From assembly GCF_004010195.1 (NCBI RefSeq), contig NC_057737.1:1177133-1241132 (forward strand): a DNA stretch of 64,000 nucleotides, read 5' to 3'. Source of the DNA: Chiloscyllium plagiosum. Taxonomy: Eukaryota. Shown piece by piece: positions 39,101 through 51,900 of this stretch (the first letter of the stretch is position 1; the number at the start of each line of letters is the position of its first letter). Position numbers and translations under genes: made by a program. A model generated the notes under the pieces. That model did not search any database. It worked only from the letters and a program-made list of their open reading frames with translations, and was not told where the DNA came from.

Positions 39101-41285
39101 GATACATTAGGGTCATTTAAGCGACTCTTTGACAGGCACATGGAAGCTAATACAATGTAGGGGATGTGGGTTAGTCTGATCTTAGAGTAGGATAAAAGGC
39201 CAGCACAACCTCGATGGCCGAAGGGCCTGTACTGTTCTATGTTCGATGTCATTCTTCGACAGGCACATGGAAGCTAATACAATGTAGGGGATGTGGGTTA
39301 GTCTGATCTTAGAGTCGGATAAAAGGCCAGCACAACCTCGATGGCCGAAGGGCCTGTACTGTTCTATGTTCGATGTCATTGGTGGGAACGTGGGTGGGAA
39401 AGAGCTGCTGCTGTGACCAGCCAAACAACACTCACTGACCCCCCGCTCCCCCTCCCCCCATCCCACCTCCCCCCCCCTTCCCTCCCTCCATGTGTCTCGC
39501 TGCTGCTGAAATAATCAATGTGGTGTCTCCGGGATACAAGATTAAAAGATCCACATTTCTATTGCAGTGTATCCCAAAGCCGGTCACAGCCAATGAGGTG
39601 CTCTGAAATATGGTCACTGTTGCAAAGTTAGACCCAATTTGCTCACAGCGAGCTCCCCCAGACAGCAATGTGAGAAATGACCAGATCATGTGTTTTGCTG
39701 CCGAATTATTGACTGGGACACTGGGATTAACTGCCCTGATCTCCTTCAAAATCATGGGATCTCTTACATCCACCGAAAAGAACAAGCAGGGGTTTTCATA
39801 TCTCATTGATCACAAGGCCCTGCATGTTCAGAATAAAGACCCACAGAATCTCAGTCCCAAATTCTCATCTGTTGGGTTGAATATTTCGATATCACCTTCA
39901 GCCGATTTATTGACGATCACACGAGTGAACTATTAACACCAGCATTGAATGATTACACCAAGTTAACTTGGGTTCAATTGTCTTTCATTAAACAACAATC
40001 CTACTGCCCAGAATCCCACACAGAACAGCAAGAATCTTTGTGACACAGTGGTAGTGTCCCTGCCTCTGGGCTGTAGAGGAACGGGTTCAAGTCCCACCTG
40101 CTCCAGAGGTGTGTAACCTCATCTCTGCACAATAGGGAGGGAGCTCTGGGATTTTGACTCAGTGCTGGTGTAGGAATGGGATGTACACGGGCCCTTTGAG
40201 GGGGAGTGGGACTGATTGATTTACTCCGTGGGTAAACAACATGAAGCTGACTGACTCCCTCTGTGCTGTGCTGGGCAACATGAATCACTAATTGTAAAGA
40301 CTTGTTTGAATGAGGGTTCATCGAAATTCATTCCAGTGAGCTGTCATTCAGCTGCTGACAGCACTGTCTGGAACATCTGTCACTTCTATCCCAACAGCAG
40401 CAATTCGAAACTTCATTTCCTGTCCTGTTCAATTCCACTATCCTCCTTTGCCTCATTCCCCCAGTCACAGCACAACTTCCACTCTTTATCTCATTGTGAC
40501 ATAATTCATTTCCTCGGTGTGAGGGAATACTCCCCACCTGCCCTGGATGGGGGCAGCTCCAACAACACTCAGGAGCTTGACACTATCCAGGACAAAGCAG
40601 CCACTTGACTGGCACCATATCCACAAACACCCACTCCCTCCCCCACCGACGCTCAGTAGCAGCAGTGTGTACCATCTACAAGATGCACTGCAGAAATTCA
40701 CCAAAGATCCTCAGACAGCACCTTCCAAACTCATGACCACTTCCATCGAGAAGGACAAAGGGCAGCAGGTACATGGGACCACCACCCCCTGCAAGTTCCA
40801 AATTAGATTAGAGGTTTGAATGGATTCATATTTGTAATGGGTTTAGATTAATTGGGGAACTTTCCCATTTGTTCTCCTCCTTCCTGAGCAGTAACCCGAG
40901 TGATTCCTGTTACTAGAGTTCAACCTCTGTTTGACCCCAGGCTGACCCGGCCTGGTCTAAAGGACTGTGTATTGAACAATGCAGCACTCCCTGGCTGGGG
41001 AGTGGAATCCACAGCGTTGGAACCCCAAGAAAACCTTACCCACCCCCCACCCACCCCCACATCCCCCAGCCTCACATTTCACCCCAGAGTAACAGAATAA
41101 CGCAATAACTGGAAAGGACATACCATTGAAGCCAGGACAGGGAGGAAGAGGGTAGCTGTAGCAACATTGCTGGTGCACTCTGTGAAGATAGCAACTATCA
41201 GACACAAGATCATCACAATGGCCCATGGGGGAATGGTCTGGAGGGGCACTAACTGATTCCCCAACCACCTGGAAAGGCCAGAAAC
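30175..41285 (-). CDS. SLC13A5: SLC13 Na+/citrate (dicarboxylate) cotransporter, last three coding exons only
   Basis: Exons 41124-41285 ([15 protein letters not shown]...[21 protein letters not shown]), 35212-35349 ([14 protein letters not shown]...[27 protein letters not shown]) and 30175-30303 ([42 protein letters not shown]), all phase 0, GT-AG. The FPDWANVT C-terminus and proximity to MED31 favour SLC13A5 over SLC13A2. No upstream exons found before the gap at 43617. Confidence 0.85.
33395..34095 (+). mobile_element. CR1 LINE 3' fragment
   Basis: [13 protein letters not shown]...[15 protein letters not shown]...[12 protein letters not shown]. Confidence 0.85.
36000..39380 (+). mobile_element. 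Long degenerate CR1 LINE in an SLC13A5 intron
   Basis: ORF1 esterase remnant (AIVIGDSMV near 36157; LYKKDGLH near 36220), endonuclease (ESVWVEV...FNFPNIDW...ILDLVL...FGDSDHN), RT (SPGPDGIYP...[18 protein letters not shown]), CR1 3' end; several stops and frameshifts; last about 127 bp tandemly duplicated. Confidence 0.93.
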
Positions 41286-42159
41286 CTGGGGGGAAGAAAA
41301 AACATTGAACATTTTAACTTGGACAGTATTTCTGTTAACGTCCAGTCTGTAAATGTGATCCAGAGCTTCCAGTCACTTCCAGTCCAGTTCAATTCTTCAT
41401 CCCATTTCCAATGTAACATCTAAAGACCAGTATTTTTCATTTTTCTGATTTTTTAAATTGTGAACTGAACTGGGAAAAGGAGTGTTCAAAAACCCAAGGT
41501 GCGCTGAAGGAATGGGTGCACTTTTAAAAGCAATCAACTAAAATAAATTATAAGTTGTGTTTACAGAGCTGCTTTGTTCAAGCACTGGGCGCGGCTGGGT
41601 GTTGTTCAGCTGACCCCAGAGACACAGCAGTGGTCACAAGCACCTGATTGGTTTGTGGAGTTGTGACCAGCTGTGGATGCCAAAGACTGAGCAGCCTAAC
41701 GACAGCTCTCTGATTGGCTGCCATGCAGTTGAACAGCTTGTGGGTCTGAACGATACTGGCAGAAGCTCTCAGACCTCCAGAAGAGGAGGTGGTCTGTCTC
41801 TCCATGGTAAAGAAAACCCCTAAAGCCTGAAAAGACCCAGTTTGTTTTCTCTCACCAGTTGCTGGCAGCTGTGGCTTTTAATTGGTAACTAAAGATTTTG
41901 CAGTGATTAACTAACTGTTGGTGCCCCTTGTGGGGAATTGAAAAGAACCTGGAGAAGAGAGATTGAAGCACATCAAGTATGGCAAGCAAAAGCATCATCC
42001 CAGCAAATCCTGCGATCTGGTGCCATTGGACCGTGACTCTCTGATCTTTCCCTCCACCCAGAGTACCAATGTCTGTGTGTGTGTGTGTATGTGTGTGTGC
42101 GCGCATGTGTCTGTGTGTGTGTGTGTGTGAGACACGTGGTTAGAATCTCTTTGTAATAG

Positions 42160-43285
42160 AGTCATAGAGATGTACAGCATGTAAACAGACCGTTCGGTCC
42201 AACCCGTCCATGCCGACCAAATATCCCAACCTAATCTAGTCCCATTTGCCAGCACCCAGCCCATATCCCTCCAAACCCTTCCTATTCATATACCCATCAA
42301 AATGCCTTTTAAATGTACCAGCCTCCACCACATTCTCTGGCAGCTCATTCCATACACGTACCACCCTCAGCGTGAAAAAGTTACCCCTTAGGTCTCTTTT
42401 ATATCTTTCCCCTCTCACCCTGAACCTATGCCCTCTAGTTCTAGACTCTCCCACCCCAGAGAAAAGACTTTGTCTACTTACCCTATCCATGCCCCTCATG
42501 ATTTTGTAAAACTCCATTAGGTCAACCCTCAGCCTCCGACGCTCCAGGGAAAACAGTCCCAGTCTGTTCAGCCTCTCCCTATAGCTCAAACCCTCCAACC
42601 CTGGCAACATCCTTGTAAATCTTTTCTGAACTCTTTCAAGTTTCACCACATCCACCCAATTCCTATACTCAATACTCTGACCAATAAAGGAAAGCATACC
42701 AAACGCCTTCTTCACTATCCTATCTACCTGCGACTCCTCTTTTAAGGAACTATGAGCCGACACTCCAAGGTCTCTTTGTTCAGCAACACTATCTAGGACC
42801 TTACCATTAAGTGTATAAGTCCTATCCTGATTTGCTTTTCTAAAATGCAGCACCTCACATTTATTTATCTAAATTAAACTCCATCTACCACTCCTTGGCC
42901 CAGTGGCCCATCTGATCAAGATCCCATTGTACTCTGAGGTAACCCTGTTCGCTGTCCACTACACCTCCAGTTTTGGTGTCATCTGCAAATTTACTAACTG
43001 TACCTCTTATGCTCACATTCAAATAATTTATATAAATGATGAAAAGTAGAGGACCCAGCACCGATCCTTGTGGCACTCCACTGGTCTCAGGCCTCCAGCC
43101 TGAAAAACATCCCTCCACCACCACCCTCTGTCTTCTACCTTTGAGCCAGTTCTGTATCCAAATGGCTAGTTCTCCCTGTATTCCATGAGATCTAACCTTG
43201 CTAATCAGTCTCCCATGGGGAACCTTGTCGAATGCCTTACTGAAGTCCATATAGATCACATCTACGGCTCTGCCCTCATCAATCC
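42160..43285 (-). mobile_element. CR1 LINE 3' fragment (RT and 3' end)
   Basis: [13 protein letters not shown]...SGVPQGSVLGPLLF...KFADDTK; [14 protein letters not shown]...[17 protein letters not shown]. Confidence 0.93.
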
Positions 43286-43616
43286 ATAGATAGTAATTCC
43301 TATTAAGTGCAGGAACTCTGGTGTGTGCTTTCTGTCAAACTGGGTCTAAAAGATGGATAAAATTGGGGAACTTTGCATAGTTCGATAAAATCTTTAACTT
43401 TTGTGACAATTAGGAAACGCGATGACCTAGTGGTATAATCGCTGGACTACCGACCCAGATAATGTTCGGGAAACCTAGGTTCAAATCCCGCCACTACAGA
43501 CGTGGTATTTAAATTCAATAACAATCTGGAATTAAGAGTCTAATGGTAAATCTGTCGATTGTAGGAAAAAACCCATCTGGGTCACTAATGCCCTTTAGGG
43601 AAGGAAACTGCCATCC

Positions 43617-44116
43617 NNNNNNNNNNNNNNNNNNNNNNNNNNNNNNNNNNNNNNNNNNNNNNNNNNNNNNNNNNNNNNNNNNNNNNNNNNNNNNNNNNNN
43701 NNNNNNNNNNNNNNNNNNNNNNNNNNNNNNNNNNNNNNNNNNNNNNNNNNNNNNNNNNNNNNNNNNNNNNNNNNNNNNNNNNNNNNNNNNNNNNNNNNNN
43801 NNNNNNNNNNNNNNNNNNNNNNNNNNNNNNNNNNNNNNNNNNNNNNNNNNNNNNNNNNNNNNNNNNNNNNNNNNNNNNNNNNNNNNNNNNNNNNNNNNNN
43901 NNNNNNNNNNNNNNNNNNNNNNNNNNNNNNNNNNNNNNNNNNNNNNNNNNNNNNNNNNNNNNNNNNNNNNNNNNNNNNNNNNNNNNNNNNNNNNNNNNNN
44001 NNNNNNNNNNNNNNNNNNNNNNNNNNNNNNNNNNNNNNNNNNNNNNNNNNNNNNNNNNNNNNNNNNNNNNNNNNNNNNNNNNNNNNNNNNNNNNNNNNNN
44101 NNNNNNNNNNNNNNNN
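43617..44116. other. Assembly gap of exactly 500 N (probable scaffolding join)
   Basis: Round-number N run; other gaps at about 44970-45046, 45986-46282, 48611-49005 and 63251-63701. Confidence 0.95.
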
Positions 44117-44488
44117 AGTGTGGCCGCACATCCACCTTCTCTCCTCCCCCTCCCTGACCAGTCCTCACCATATGGAGCAGCTGTGTGATACCGTCGAGGG
44201 CACCAGCAGGCAATTCAGCTGGAGGGGCGGTGCAGACAGAATTCCTCTCGTTTATATTTCACCCTCCCCACAGCCAGGGAAAACACTGATTCAGTGAGCC
44301 AGCTGCCAGTGTTCTGTTGCCCTGCTCTTGCTTTGAGTGAGGGTCAGAGCCAGAGGGGGTGTCAGTGACACACAGGGTGCAGTGGATGGGAGACTGGGAG
44401 AGGAGAGGGGATCACCGTGAGGGCTGGGTCTGCACTGAGAATGGAAGAGGAGGATTACCAAAGGAAGATGGTGGTGAGTGTGACCTAC

Positions 44489-45927
44489 CTCTGTGAGCAG
44501 GAAACTGAGGGCCTGGCTGACAACGCAGGATGGTGGCTTCATGTCTGTGCGCTCCACACTCAGCAGCATCGAGGTGTGATCACACTGTGGCTCAACTGGA
44601 AACTGAGGGTCAGACACAGAAACCAAGTCAGCACCAAAACCCCACAGGCTACCACTCCAGGCCAGCAGCAACACCGCACTCTGACTCCAAACACAACCCT
44701 GACCAGGCAATGGGGGAGGGGGGCGTGGAAACAGGGAGTGGGATAGAGAGGGAGCAGGATGGGGAGGGAGTGGGTTGGGGATGGGGATGGGGATGGGGGA
44801 CAGAGCCTGAGCAGGGGTAAATGCTGCTCAGCTCAGAGTCTGAGGTACAGGAAGGTTTGTTAACCCATCCATCCATGTTCCCTCCCTCTCTCCCAAACCA
44901 AGCCCCAGCCCTTGGCTACCACCTTCCTCAGTTTCTCTCCCATCCCCCCACCCCCAACATCTCCCCCACNNNNNNNNNNNNNNNNNNNNNNNNNNNNNNN
45001 NNNNNNNNNNNNNNNNNNNNNNNNNNNNNNNNNNNNNNNNNNNNNNNCCCCCACACTCTCCCAGCCCCCGAAGGGAGTTCGGTCCCTCAAGGCTCAGCCA
45101 GTGGTGAGGCAGTGTCCGATCCTCTGAGTAACAAAGCCAGAATCTCTGACTGACAATGCCCTCGGAGGCCCAGGCTGTACTCTCAGCCTGGAACACCACA
45201 CTGCCACGTTGTTACCTTGCCAATGAGCAGAGCGAAGAGGAGGACTCCGAGGGACCACCAGTCAGCTGCATGGCCGTACGGACCACCCTGTAATACCTCA
45301 GGAGCTGTGAACCAGTAACAGGTCAGGTATCAGCAACTCGAGAAACTACTGTGAGGATCCGAAATCAACACGGCCCACTTACCCAGAGCTGTACGGTAAA
45401 ACACTCTGTCAATACCGAGACAAATCCAGCCCAAAATTCCCTCTTGTTCCTGTTACTATCTCCCTGTTCTCCATCCCCACACCCTCCAATTACAGTTTGA
45501 CCCCGATATTTCCTTCAATAACCACCAGCTCCGGTCGGACCTCAACAACAGTCCTGCAGCAGGTATCCCTGATCACCAGAGACCCGTCCTGGACCCAGGC
45601 CCAGGCCCAGGCCCAGACCCAGGCCCAGGCCCCAGGCCCAGGCCCCAGGCCCAGGCCCCAGGCCCCAGGCCCAGGCCCCAGGCCCCAGGCCCAGGACCCA
45701 GGCCCAGGCCCAGGCCCAGACCCAGGACCCAGGCCCAGGACCCAGGCCCCAGGCCCCGACCCGGGACCCCGACCCAGACCACCCTGTGGCCTGAACCCGA
45801 CACCCCTCCCCCACCACTCCAGGCTGGTGCCCTTACCCATGTACTGCATGGTTCCACAGATGGTGTAAGCCCTCTCTCCCCGACACAGTCTGCGGCTAAA
45901 GCCAAAATCCGTCAACTTGAGGTGACC

Positions 45928-45958
<31 letters not shown>

Positions 45959-48900
45959 AAGAAAGGGGGGGGGGGGTGCAGAGTGNNNNNNNNNNNNNNN
46001 NNNNNNNNNNNNNNNNNNNNNNNNNNNNNNNNNNNNNNNNNNNNNNNNNNNNNNNNNNNNNNNNNNNNNNNNNNNNNNNNNNNNNNNNNNNNNNNNNNNN
46101 NNNNNNNNNNNNNNNNNNNNNNNNNNNNNNNNNNNNNNNNNNNNNNNNNNNNNNNNNNNNNNNNNNNNNNNNNNNNNNNNNNNNNNNNNNNNNNNNNNNN
46201 NNNNNNNNNNNNNNNNNNNNNNNNNNNNNNNNNNNNNNNNNNNNNNNNNNNNNNNNNNNNNNNNNNNNNNNNNNNNNNNNNNGAGAGGGAGACAGAGAGG
46301 GGGAGAGCGAGACAGAGAGGGGGAGAGCGAGACAGGGAGGGGGAGAGGGAGAAAGAGGAGAGATGATTAAATGTCAGTTTCATGAAATACTCATCAACTG
46401 AACATATCAATTTATTGCTATAGAACTGATTTGATTTAAAAAAAGGTTGTTGCTTTTGTCCTGAACCTAAACTTCCTGAAGCCTACTCTCCGCAGCCCTG
46501 TGCTTCCCTCAGAGCAGACAGTGTTCCCATTGGTGGGAGGCTCGAACACTAGAGGGGCAGAGGTTGAAGGTCATCGGCACAGGGAGCAATGTGAATAAAC
46601 GTTCTCACAGAGCGACTGGTCAGGTTCTGAACTGCTCTGCCCAAGTGACTGCTGGAGGCTCTGGAGACTGAACTGGACCATTATCTCGAGGTTGTTGGTA
46701 AAAGGAAGGGATGTGAGATGAGGAGAGTTACTCTCACTGAGGTACAGTCCAGAAAAGACAGATCAAATGGCTTCTCTCTGTGCTGGAACTATTGTGTGAT
46801 TCTAACAACAATTTGTATTCCTCTAGCGCCTTGAATGGAATAAACTCCAAGGAGCTAGACAAGAGCGATAACGAAGTAAATGTTGACACTGAGCCAAACA
46901 GACAGATATTCGGGGATATTGATGACAGAAGGAGATTGAAGGAATAACTGAATGAAGGGAAGAGAGGCTGAGAGGTGGAGAGGATTAGGGAGGGAATACC
47001 TGAGTTTGGGGCCTAGGCAGCTGAAGGTGAAGACACTGACAGCAAAGTGATTACAACGAGGGCTGTGTGAGAGGCTGAATGAGAGAAGCACAGGTATCTT
47101 TGAGGGACTGGAGGAGATGAGAGAGAAAAATAGGGAGGGACAAAGTTCTGGAATGAATAGAAAACGATCAGGAAGGTATTCAGAGTACAGGTTGCTCAGT
47201 TGCAGTTTCTGTTACACCTTGCCATTTCCCCAGAGGACGGTAGGTCTGTTCCCTCCTCAGACTGAGGGTCACCACACCCCAGCCCAGGGGAAAGGTCGAG
47301 AAGGTGGGACCTCCATGGTGGCCCTGGTTTCTATTTTATAATGCTCTGTTATACCTGCCCACTACAGCCAGTGACGTATCACAGCATTGGGAGTGAAATC
47401 AATCTGAAAACTCCTGCTTACCTCGTTCATTCAGAAGAACATTCTCCATCTGTAAAGGGGCAAAGTTCAAAGTTTAACGTCTGAGCCCTGAACAGGTAAG
47501 TGCACCAAAACATCAAAGGCGCTCAATCTGATGCTGACACATTCAGAGACCCTGGGCACAGAGGGACATCATTCAGACCAGCCCTCCCTCCTATAACCTT
47601 CAACTTGCAAATCCCTTATCACCTGCCTATTTCTCACATACTCGTTCATTCATCAGATGTGGGTGTCACTGGCTGGGCCCAGAATTTACTGCCCTATCCC
47701 TACTTGCCCCTTGAGAAGGTGGGGGTGAGCTGCCTTCTTGAACCGCTGCAGTCCATGTGCTGTGAGCTGACCCACAATGTCCTGAGGGAGAGAATTCCAG
47801 GATTCTGACCCAGCGACAGTGAAGGAACGGTGATATATTTCCAAGTCAGGATGGTGAGGGGCTCGGAGGGGACCTTGCAGGGGGTGGTGTTCCCATGTAC
47901 CTGCTGCCCCTGTCCTTCTCGATGGAAGTGGATGTGGGTTTGGAAGGTGCTGTCTGAGGATCTTTGGTGAATTTCTGCAGTAAATCTTGTAGACAGTACA
48001 CACTGCTGCTACTGAGTGTCGGTGGGGGAGGGAGTGGGTGTTTGGGGATGTGGTGCCAGTCAAGCGGCTGCTTTGTCCTGGATGGTGTCAAGCTCCTTGA
48101 GTGTTGTTGTAGCTGTCCCCATCCAGGGCAAGTGGGGAGTATTCCATCACACTCCTGCCTTGTGCCTTGTAGATGGTGGACAGGGTACCTGCGGTCTGAC
48201 TCATCTCCAACCTATAGTGTAGCCCCTACAGCTTGGACCCTGCAGTGACGTGACAATGAACAGAGAGAACTCCTACCTTCACATCCCGGTGAATAACACC
48301 GAAATCGTGGAGGAATCCTACAGATGAAGATAAAAATAAACAAAATATTTAGAGCCAACAGAAACAGGGAACTTGCATTTCTCTCATACATTTCATCACC
48401 TCAGGGCATGTCAAAGTGCACTAAAACCCAATGCAATGCTTTTGAAGTGCAGAAAATGTTGGAACACAGGATGTGCAGTAACCAACGGTGCTCAACCACA
48501 TACCACAGAAAACACTCTGATAATGTGAAGGTAAACTGTTACTGTGGCATCGATAAAGGGATACTTACAGTACTGACCCTGAGTGCAGCACTCACTCAGC
48601 ACTGACCCTCNNNNNNNNNNNNNNNNNNNNNNNNNNNNNNNNNNNNNNNNNNNNNNNNNNNNNNNNNNNNNNNNNNNNNNNNNNNNNNNNNNNNNNNNNN
48701 NNNNNNNNNNNNNNNNNNNNNNNNNNNNNNNNNNNNNNNNNNNNNNNNNNNNNNNNNNNNNNNNNNNNNNNNNNNNNNNNNNNNNNNNNNNNNNNNNNNN
48801 NNNNNNNNNNNNNNNNNNNNNNNNNNNNNNNNNNNNNNNNNNNNNNNNNNNNNNNNNNNNNNNNNNNNNNNNNNNNNNNNNNNNNNNNNNNNNNNNNNNN

Positions 48901-51900
48901 NNNNNNNNNNNNNNNNNNNNNNNNNNNNNNNNNNNNNNNNNNNNNNNNNNNNNNNNNNNNNNNNNNNNNNNNNNNNNNNNNNNNNNNNNNNNNNNNNNNN
49001 NNNNNAGCACTGACCCTCCGACAGTGCGGCGCTGCCGCAGCACTGACCCTCTGACAGTGCGGCGCTCCCTCAGCACTGACCCTCCGACAGTCCGGCGCTC
49101 CCGCAGCACTGACCCTCCGACAGTACGGCGCTGCCGCAGCACTGACCCTCTGACAGTGCGGCGCTTCCTCAGCACTGACCCTCCGACAGTCCGGCGCTCC
49201 CGCAGCACTGACCCTCCGACAGTGCGACACTCCCTCAGCACTGACCCTCCAACAGTGTGGCAATTCCTCAGCACTGACCCTCCAGGTTGTGGGTTGGCTT
49301 CTCTCACGCGGTGACATATGAATGTAGCTGAGGTGACCCCCCGTGCACTCACCGATAGCGGAACCTAACTCGGCTGCAAACACTCGCACTGTGTCCTCTT
49401 CCAGTGGGTGACAGCCTCTCCAGAGCATGTTGAGATCTCCAGCGCTGTGGTAATCAAACACTACAGGACCAATCAGAGGGAGAACAGTCACTGCCAGTGG
49501 ACATAAAATGGACAGGGCAGCTGAACGTTCAGCCTGTCACAGAATCACCACCAGATATTTCAGGAATCACTCCGGGCTGGGATCTCACTCACACAAACCA
49601 CAGCAGAATGGAATCCAACCCTCATTTCGATTTGTTAGATGTCCCTGGCTTCTGAGCACACTTTGTCTTTTTTCTGGTGAAAAATGTGAGGATAAAGCTA
49701 GCTCAGCACAGACAGCAAAGTTCACAACCTCAGTACTGTCTTCGATCTGCCAAAGAGACAAACTGCAGAACATCATCGTATCTCAATACAATGACATTGA
49801 GGGGTACTTTGGGCCTTTGTTCCATAAAGAAAATTTGAGACAGAGATGCCGAGTGGTCTGCTCAAAGCAGGAAGGTAAAGAGCTGGTGAGGCCATGATTT
49901 TTTTCCTTATTAAGTTGAAACAATAGAAGCAGCCTGAATGGGTGGGATCAAGTTCCCACAGAACTGGGGTTTTTAGTTTTACCTTTCTGCAGTTGCTGGG
50001 GTCTTGATGCTGGATGTGGAAGCTCTAATTCCTCTCTCTGTTACCGAAAAAGCTGGGGTTGTCTTGCTAGAACTGCATGTGAGACAATCTCTTGTACTGA
50101 ATTTGTCTTTGTTCAGGGCGTGTTTATTGGATGTTACCATATTGGAACAGTTCACAATAGTTAATAATATATGTTATTTTGTTAAGCATTTTGATAGAAT
50201 TACAGTTATGCCAATTATTTTGTTTTTATTTGTCTGTATTTTAACTGTGGTATAAAAATAAAGGGTATTTTGCTTACAGTCAAGTTATTGACCAATTGAA
50301 TTGCATCTGGAATGCAACACCTTACACTTACCTTTAAAATAAGAAAAACATTAAGACCTAGGTTATCTATTTAATATCTTTTCCCCAGAATGGGGGAGTC
50401 CACAATTAGAGAGCATAGGTTTAAGGTGAGAGTGGAAAGATTTAAAAGGGACCACAGAAGGTGGTACGTGTATGGAATGAGCTGCCAGAGGAAGTGGTGG
50501 AGGCTGGTACAATTACAACATTTAAAAGGCACCTGGATGGGTATATGAATAGGAAGGGTTTGGAGGGATATAGGCCGGGTGCTGGCAGGTGGGACTAGAT
50601 TGGGTTGGGATATCTGGTCGGCATGGACTAGCTGGATGGAAGGGTCTGTTTCTGGGCTACACAGCTCGATGACTATATTTGAGGGGTTTGTTCTGATCCA
50701 GAACAAAAGCAAAGGAAGCCATTTCGCCCAATTAATCAGTGCTGGCTTTACTGGAGAGTACTTTAGTCAGTGTCTCTTCTCTGTCTTTCCCCATGCACAT
50801 GTACCTATTTCTCTGTTAAATATTCCTCCAATTCCCTCTGTTGCTGCCAGTGATTGTGCTTTAACCAGCTCATCGGATAGTATTTTCCAAATTGTATAAA
50901 GACGTTTATTCTCATCTCATTTCAGTTTTTTTTAGCTGGTCACTATAAAAGCTGTGCCCTGTCTGGTTATCACCACCCATTTAGTAGACACCCTGACAAA
51001 ACCCTTTGTGATATTAGATACCGCGACGATATTTCTTTGTCTCAGCCTTCTCTCCTGAGCGCTACCCTCATCTCTCTGGAAACCCAGCATCCCTGGAACC
51101 ACTTCTCTCTGCCCCTTCCCAAAAGCCTCTTCCTTTCTCAGACTCGAAATCTTTCCCCTCCATTCTCCTTCCTGGTGCCAGAGATGCAGGAACAAGCCAG
51201 CTATTGGGCCCTTGCCCAGCCACCTGCTGCCCTCTCCTTGCCTCACTTTGTTTCAACATTATTTAATTTTAGCTTCTTCCAGATGCTGTCATTCCCTCTT
51301 GCAGATATCAGGCTCCTCCTCTGCAGGAGGTTTGTCTGCAGCACCCCATGCTAAGTGAGGGCTGAGCGTAGCCATGTACGCATACCTGCACATACATGTA
51401 TGCAAAGACATGTATGTGCACACACACACACACAGACACACCTATGCCACCCAGACTGCACGCGCACACACACGTCTTCTCTCCTCACCATTGTGAATAA
51501 GCTCCAGTTCTGAATTCCTCCTCATTATAACAGAAAAGGAGGACATTCTGCCCCTTCAAGTGTGTTTGCCCATTCCATGAGAACTTGACTGACCTGAATC
51601 TATACATCTGGCTTTGCCCCATATCACACAATGACTTTGTTTAGCAGAATCCTATCAATCACAGATTTAAAATGAACCATTAATCACTGCTTGAGGATGA
51701 GAGTTCCACATTTCTATCATATGCTGTGTGTAGAAACCTTTCGTTACTTTACCCCCGACATCTGGCTCTAATTTGTAGACACTACCGCCTACGTCCCAGA
51801 CTCCCCAGTCAGAAACAGTTCCTGTCTATCTAACACAACAAACCCTCACATTCCTGATATTGTCAAACAAGTGAGCCTTTAACCTTCAAAATGCCAAGGA

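Noticed and set aside
44117-44260. Candidate last exon of RSKR
   Set aside because: No frame resembles the expected LL..NP..RL...HPFF kinase C-terminus.
45497-45905. Pro/Gly-rich ORFs
   Set aside because: Translations of an intronic (CCAGGC)n repeat; only 45837-45926 is a true RSKR exon.
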